DNA from: a virus | DNA length: 64,000 nt | Virus record (IMG/VR): IMGVR_UViG_3300037010_002464 | Direction: 5' to 3' (one strand) | In this document: positions 60,832-64,000 of the stretch, in pieces | Layout: each line of letters opens with the position of its first letter | Numbering within the stretch: the first letter of the stretch is position 1 | The notes under the pieces: generated by a model | Databases searched by the model: none | What the model saw: the letters and a program-made list of their open reading frames with translations, nothing else | What the model was told of the DNA's origin: nothing | Translations under genes and position numbers: made by a program

Positions 60832-62283
60832 ATGACAACCCTGCAATTCAACCCCATCCTGGACACCGACAGCTACAAGCTGTGCCACGCCTTCGCCTAC
60901 CCTGAGTATGTGAGGGGCATGTTCTCCTACATCGAAGCCCGCACCGGCGGTCGCGACATCATGGTCCCGTTCGGCCTGCAAGTCTGGCTGCGCGAGTACC
61001 TGTCGGTGCAGATCACGCTCGAGATGATCGACGAGGCTGAAGCCTTCGCCGCCGCCCACGGTGAGCCTTTCAGCCGTGACGGTTGGCTCAAGGTGGTTAA
61101 CAAGTACAACGGCTACCTGCCCCTGACGATCCGCGCCGTCCCTGAGGGCACGCCGGTCCGCAGCGGCAACGCCTTGGTCACGGTCAAGTGCGTCGACCCT
61201 GACCTCTACTGGCTGACCTCCTACATCGAGACCTCGCTGCTCCGGGCCGTCTGGTACCCGACCACCATCGCCTCCTTGGACTACGACACCAAGCTCGAGA
61301 TCAAGCGCTTCTACGAGGTCGCTGGCGCCGACCTCGGCTTCCTGCCCTTCTCGCTGCACGACTTCGGCGCACGCGGCGTCACCAGCCGCGGCCAAGCCTG
61401 CATCGGCGGCGCCGCCCACTTGGTCAACTTCATGGGCTCCGACACCATCGATGGCGTTCGGACCGCGAACTTCTACTACGACCACTCGATGGCTGGCTTC
61501 TCGGTGCGCGCCACGGAGCACAGCGTTGCCTGCTCTTTCGGCCTGTCTGTCGAAGATGAGATCGCCTACATCGACCACGCCCTGACCAAGTTTGAAGGCC
61601 AAGGCAACATCATTTCCCTGGTCGGCGACACGAAGGACATCTACCGCTTCGCTGAACAGCTGTGCACCGTCTTCAAGGACCGCATCATCGACCTGCACAC
61701 CCGCCTGGGCATGAAGCTGGTCTGCCGCCCCGACAGCGGCGACGCCCTCGAGGTGATCCCGCGTGTGATGCGCCTCTTCTGCTCGGCCTTCCCGACCACG
61801 AAGACCAGCAAGGGCTACGTCAAGATGTATCCAGGCATCGGCATCCTGCAGGGCGACGGTGTTGACCGCATGACCCTGAAGACCCTGCTGGGCAACCTGA
61901 TGGCGATGAACTTCTCGCCCGACAACATCGTCTTCGGCTCTGGCGGCGGCCTGCTGCAGAAGGTCAACCGTGATACCTTCAAGTTCGCGATGAAGGCTTC
62001 GGCGATCCTTGTCAAGGACACGAATACGAACAACCCGATTGATTTTCCGAAGGACCTCTGGGTCGGCATCGTCAAGGACCCGATCACGGACCCGGGCAAG
62101 AAGTCCAAGGAAGGCGTCTTGACGCTGGCTCGATCGAAGATGACCGGTGAGTACTCGACGGTACGCATCGATCAAGGCCCGCTGAGCGACGAGTTCGAGG
62201 ACGTGATGGTGACGGTCTACGAGTACGGCGTGCTGAGCAATCAAACCACACTGGACGAAGTCCGCGCTCGCTGCGCTGTATGA
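60832..62283 (+). CDS. nadV: Nicotinamide phosphoribosyltransferase (NAMPT/NadV family)
   Basis: TDSYKLCH, LHDFGARG, ATEHS, RPDSGD, QGDG, FGSGGGLLQKVNRDT, KKSK; start MTTLQF after a GGAG RBS. Confidence 0.95.
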   Translation: MTTLQFNPILDTDSYKLCHAFAYPEYVRGMFSYIEARTGGRDIMVPFGLQVWLREYLSVQITLEMIDEAEAFAAAHGEPFSRDGWLKVVNKYNGYLPLTIRAVPEGTPVRSGNALVTVKCVDPDLYWLTSYIETSLLRAVWYPTTIASLDYDTKLEIKRFYEVAGADLGFLPFSLHDFGARGVTSRGQACIGGAAHLVNFMGSDTIDGVRTANFYYDHSMAGFSVRATEHSVACSFGLSVEDEIAYIDHALTKFEGQGNIISLVGDTKDIYRFAEQLCTVFKDRIIDLHTRLGMKLVCRPDSGDALEVIPRVMRLFCSAFPTTKTSKGYVKMYPGIGILQGDGVDRMTLKTLLGNLMAMNFSPDNIVFGSGGGLLQKVNRDTFKFAMKASAILVKDTNTNNPIDFPKDLWVGIVKDPITDPGKKSKEGVLTLARSKMTGEYSTVRIDQGPLSDEFEDVMVTVYEYGVLSNQTTLDEVRARCAV

Positions 62284-62469
62284 GCTAGGGAGCTCACATG
62301 ACCCATGTGGGTCCCGTGATAGCGCATAGCCTAGCGCCGTAGCCCTATCAAGCCGAGGGCAGAACGGCGAGCCATCAAGCCCGGCGACACTGCTGAGGTC
62401 CAGAACATCCTGCGCACGATAGTCAAGGAAATCTTCGATGAGCGGTCATAAGGATGATTCAATCAAATA

Positions 62470-63090
62470 ATGCAACCCAATCCCATCCTCATTGACCAAG
62501 ACGGCGTGCTCGCAGACTTCGTGCTAGGGCTCTACCAGGAGCTCGAGCGTCGCCTCGCACCAGCTGACTTCGCTCACATGCCTGACATGAACACGGCAGA
62601 GACCTTCTACGTTGAGGACTGCATCAACAGCGGTGATCCTAAGTATGACATCTGGCTGAAGAACCAGGTCATCCATGTCGTGGATACTTGGGAGGGCATG
62701 TTCCGTGACATCCCACCGATTCCCGGCGCTGTTGAGCACGTCCAACTGTTGCAGGACCTAGCAGCCAAGCATAACATCGGCGTCCGCATCTGCACAGCGC
62801 CGCACGTCGAGCACAAGACGTGCCACTCCGACAAAGCGGCCTGGGCGGCCAAGCACTTGGGAGACACCTGGGCCAAGCAGATGATCATGTCGCACGACAA
62901 GACCGTCGTCCGCGGCTTGGTGCTGCTCGATGACAAGCCCAAGGTGACCGGCTCGCTAGAGCCCATGTGGGAGCACGTGGTCTTCGGCGCACCCTGCAAC
63001 CGACACACCGATCGAATCCGGGTGGATGGCTGGTCAGAAGCCAGCGTCATGACGATCCTCAACCGAGCTCTGGAGCGTAACCGTGAATAA
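62470..63090 (+). CDS. 5'(3')-deoxyribonucleotidase (HAD, NT5C family)
   Basis: IDQDGVLADF, ICTAP, DKAAW, DKT, LLDDKP. Confidence 0.9.
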   Translation: MQPNPILIDQDGVLADFVLGLYQELERRLAPADFAHMPDMNTAETFYVEDCINSGDPKYDIWLKNQVIHVVDTWEGMFRDIPPIPGAVEHVQLLQDLAAKHNIGVRICTAPHVEHKTCHSDKAAWAAKHLGDTWAKQMIMSHDKTVVRGLVLLDDKPKVTGSLEPMWEHVVFGAPCNRHTDRIRVDGWSEASVMTILNRALERNRE

Positions 63091-63242
63091 GGGCCTTGCC
63101 TCCCTCGGGCTATGCGTTGTCGCATGCTACCTGCTCTACCTTGACCACTGCCGCGGCCGATCCACGAGGTCGTGTTATTTCCCAAGAACCACAAGAAGCG
63201 CTGCACCCTCTACTACGAGACGCCAGCTGAAAGGGACTTGCC

Positions 63243-64000
63243 ATGAAGATCGTTGTCACCGGCGGCGCCGGGTCAGATAAATCCACGCTCATCAAGAGCC
63301 TCCGAGAGGCGCTAGGTTCGACCTTTGCTTACGCCAACGTAGACGACGCTGTTTGGGCGAACCCGCAGATCCTCTTACAGCCGAGCGAGCTTGAGACCTT
63401 CCGAGGCATGGTCAACGGCAAGACCATGGAGCAGGTGCGTGAGCAGGTGTTCACCGACGAGCGCTTCAAGTTCAAGCTCGAGGAGGTCTTCAAGGGCGCC
63501 GTTCGGTACCAGATCGAAGAGGCCATGGAGCACCTGGACTTGGTGCTCGAGTCCCGCTCTTGTATGAGCGCTTCGACCGCGAGCTCTATGATCGGTTTGA
63601 CGCGGTCGTCGTGGTCGAAGCAGGCTATGATAACAACAACGAGCGGAAGCAGCGACTCAAGGCTCGTGGCTGGCAGCCACGATCAAGGGTGTGTTCAAGT
63701 CACAGATGACTGACAGCGCTCGGCATGACTTCATCAGCGTCATCAAGAACGGCCTTAAGGTTTTCAGAGTCAACACCGGCAAGAGCGATGTATCTGCACC
63801 GCATGATCGGCTCCCAGCCAACATTCGCTTCATCGCCAACTGGCTAAAGGGTGAGAGCTACAAGCGGCGCTTACCTACAGCCAAAGTGGGCGTTGTCGCC
63901 GGCTCGTTTGACCCGGTCACCTCAAGGGTTGGGAGCTCATGCTTAAGGCTTACACCAGCGATCCAGTCTGGCGCTACATCCTTGAAACCTACGGGAAGGA
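63243..64000 (+). pseudogene. coaE: Dephospho-CoA kinase (CoaE)-like gene fused to a CoaD-like adenylyltransferase; frameshifted and apparently internally deleted; runs off the window
   Basis: IVVTGGAGSDKST (P-loop with G>D), VF.D...KLE, VLE/PLLYE, VVVVEA, RLKARG, FKSQM; then KVGVVAGSFDPVT with the following HxGH histidines missing. Confidence 0.72.

Noticed and set aside
59633-62244. Long antisense ORFs (332 and 516 aa) and many similar shadow ORFs
   Set aside because: They mirror well-conserved genes; expected from GC-rich third-position codon bias; no motifs
59468-62283. NARP1 (Adps + Namat)
   Set aside because: The partner is NMNAT-Nudix; no PRPP-synthetase-like Adps in the window
62287-62316. 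Structured RNA after nadV (CACATG/CATGTG hairpin)
   Set aside because: A single short hairpin with no T-tract or other support

Overview
This is a 64 kb segment of a large, GC-rich, T4-related (probably jumbo) myophage. Support: T4-type late promoter cores (TAAATA[G]) upstream of structural genes, a T4-like exonuclease, class Ia nrdA/nrdB plus glutaredoxin, and a gp23-derived fragment. Layout: (1) 1-9 kb, late genes, including a dispersed paralog family starting MKLxxLLE...LKLQQLLID (candidate internal head proteins) and a RimK-RimB fusion. (2) 9.5-14.4 kb, a translation/RNA-repair kit: macrodomain, 2H phosphoesterase, Thg1, ACP, an ArfA-like gene missed by the ORF track, CCA enzyme and metallophosphoesterase. 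(3) 15.7-24.6 kb and 32.8-49.7 kb, virion fibre/receptor-binding genes: Asp-box propellers, LamG/Ig, PEP-CTERM-like domains, three tandem tail paralogs and GPT collagen-like fibres. (4) 24.6-32 kb, RNR, a mini-gp23 and a C5 methyltransferase. (5) 49.8-56.4 kb, two GT2-TPR glycosyltransferases (one fused to a methyltransferase) facing the collagen genes, followed by a dCMP-type thymidylate-synthase homolog, an N-glycosidase and a dNMP kinase. (6) 57-64 kb, a cofactor island: NAD salvage (NMNAT-Nudix + NAMPT) flanked by disrupted CoaB-like/aldolase and CoaE-CoaD genes. Four free-standing homing endonucleases abut gene starts. Many accessory genes carry frameshifts or deletions while long core genes are intact. 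All assignments come from motif recognition by eye; no database searches were run. Best candidates for undescribed systems: phage fibre glycosylation, a CoA-reconstitution module beside NAD salvage, a mini-gp23 decoy, and the capsid-targeted protein family.
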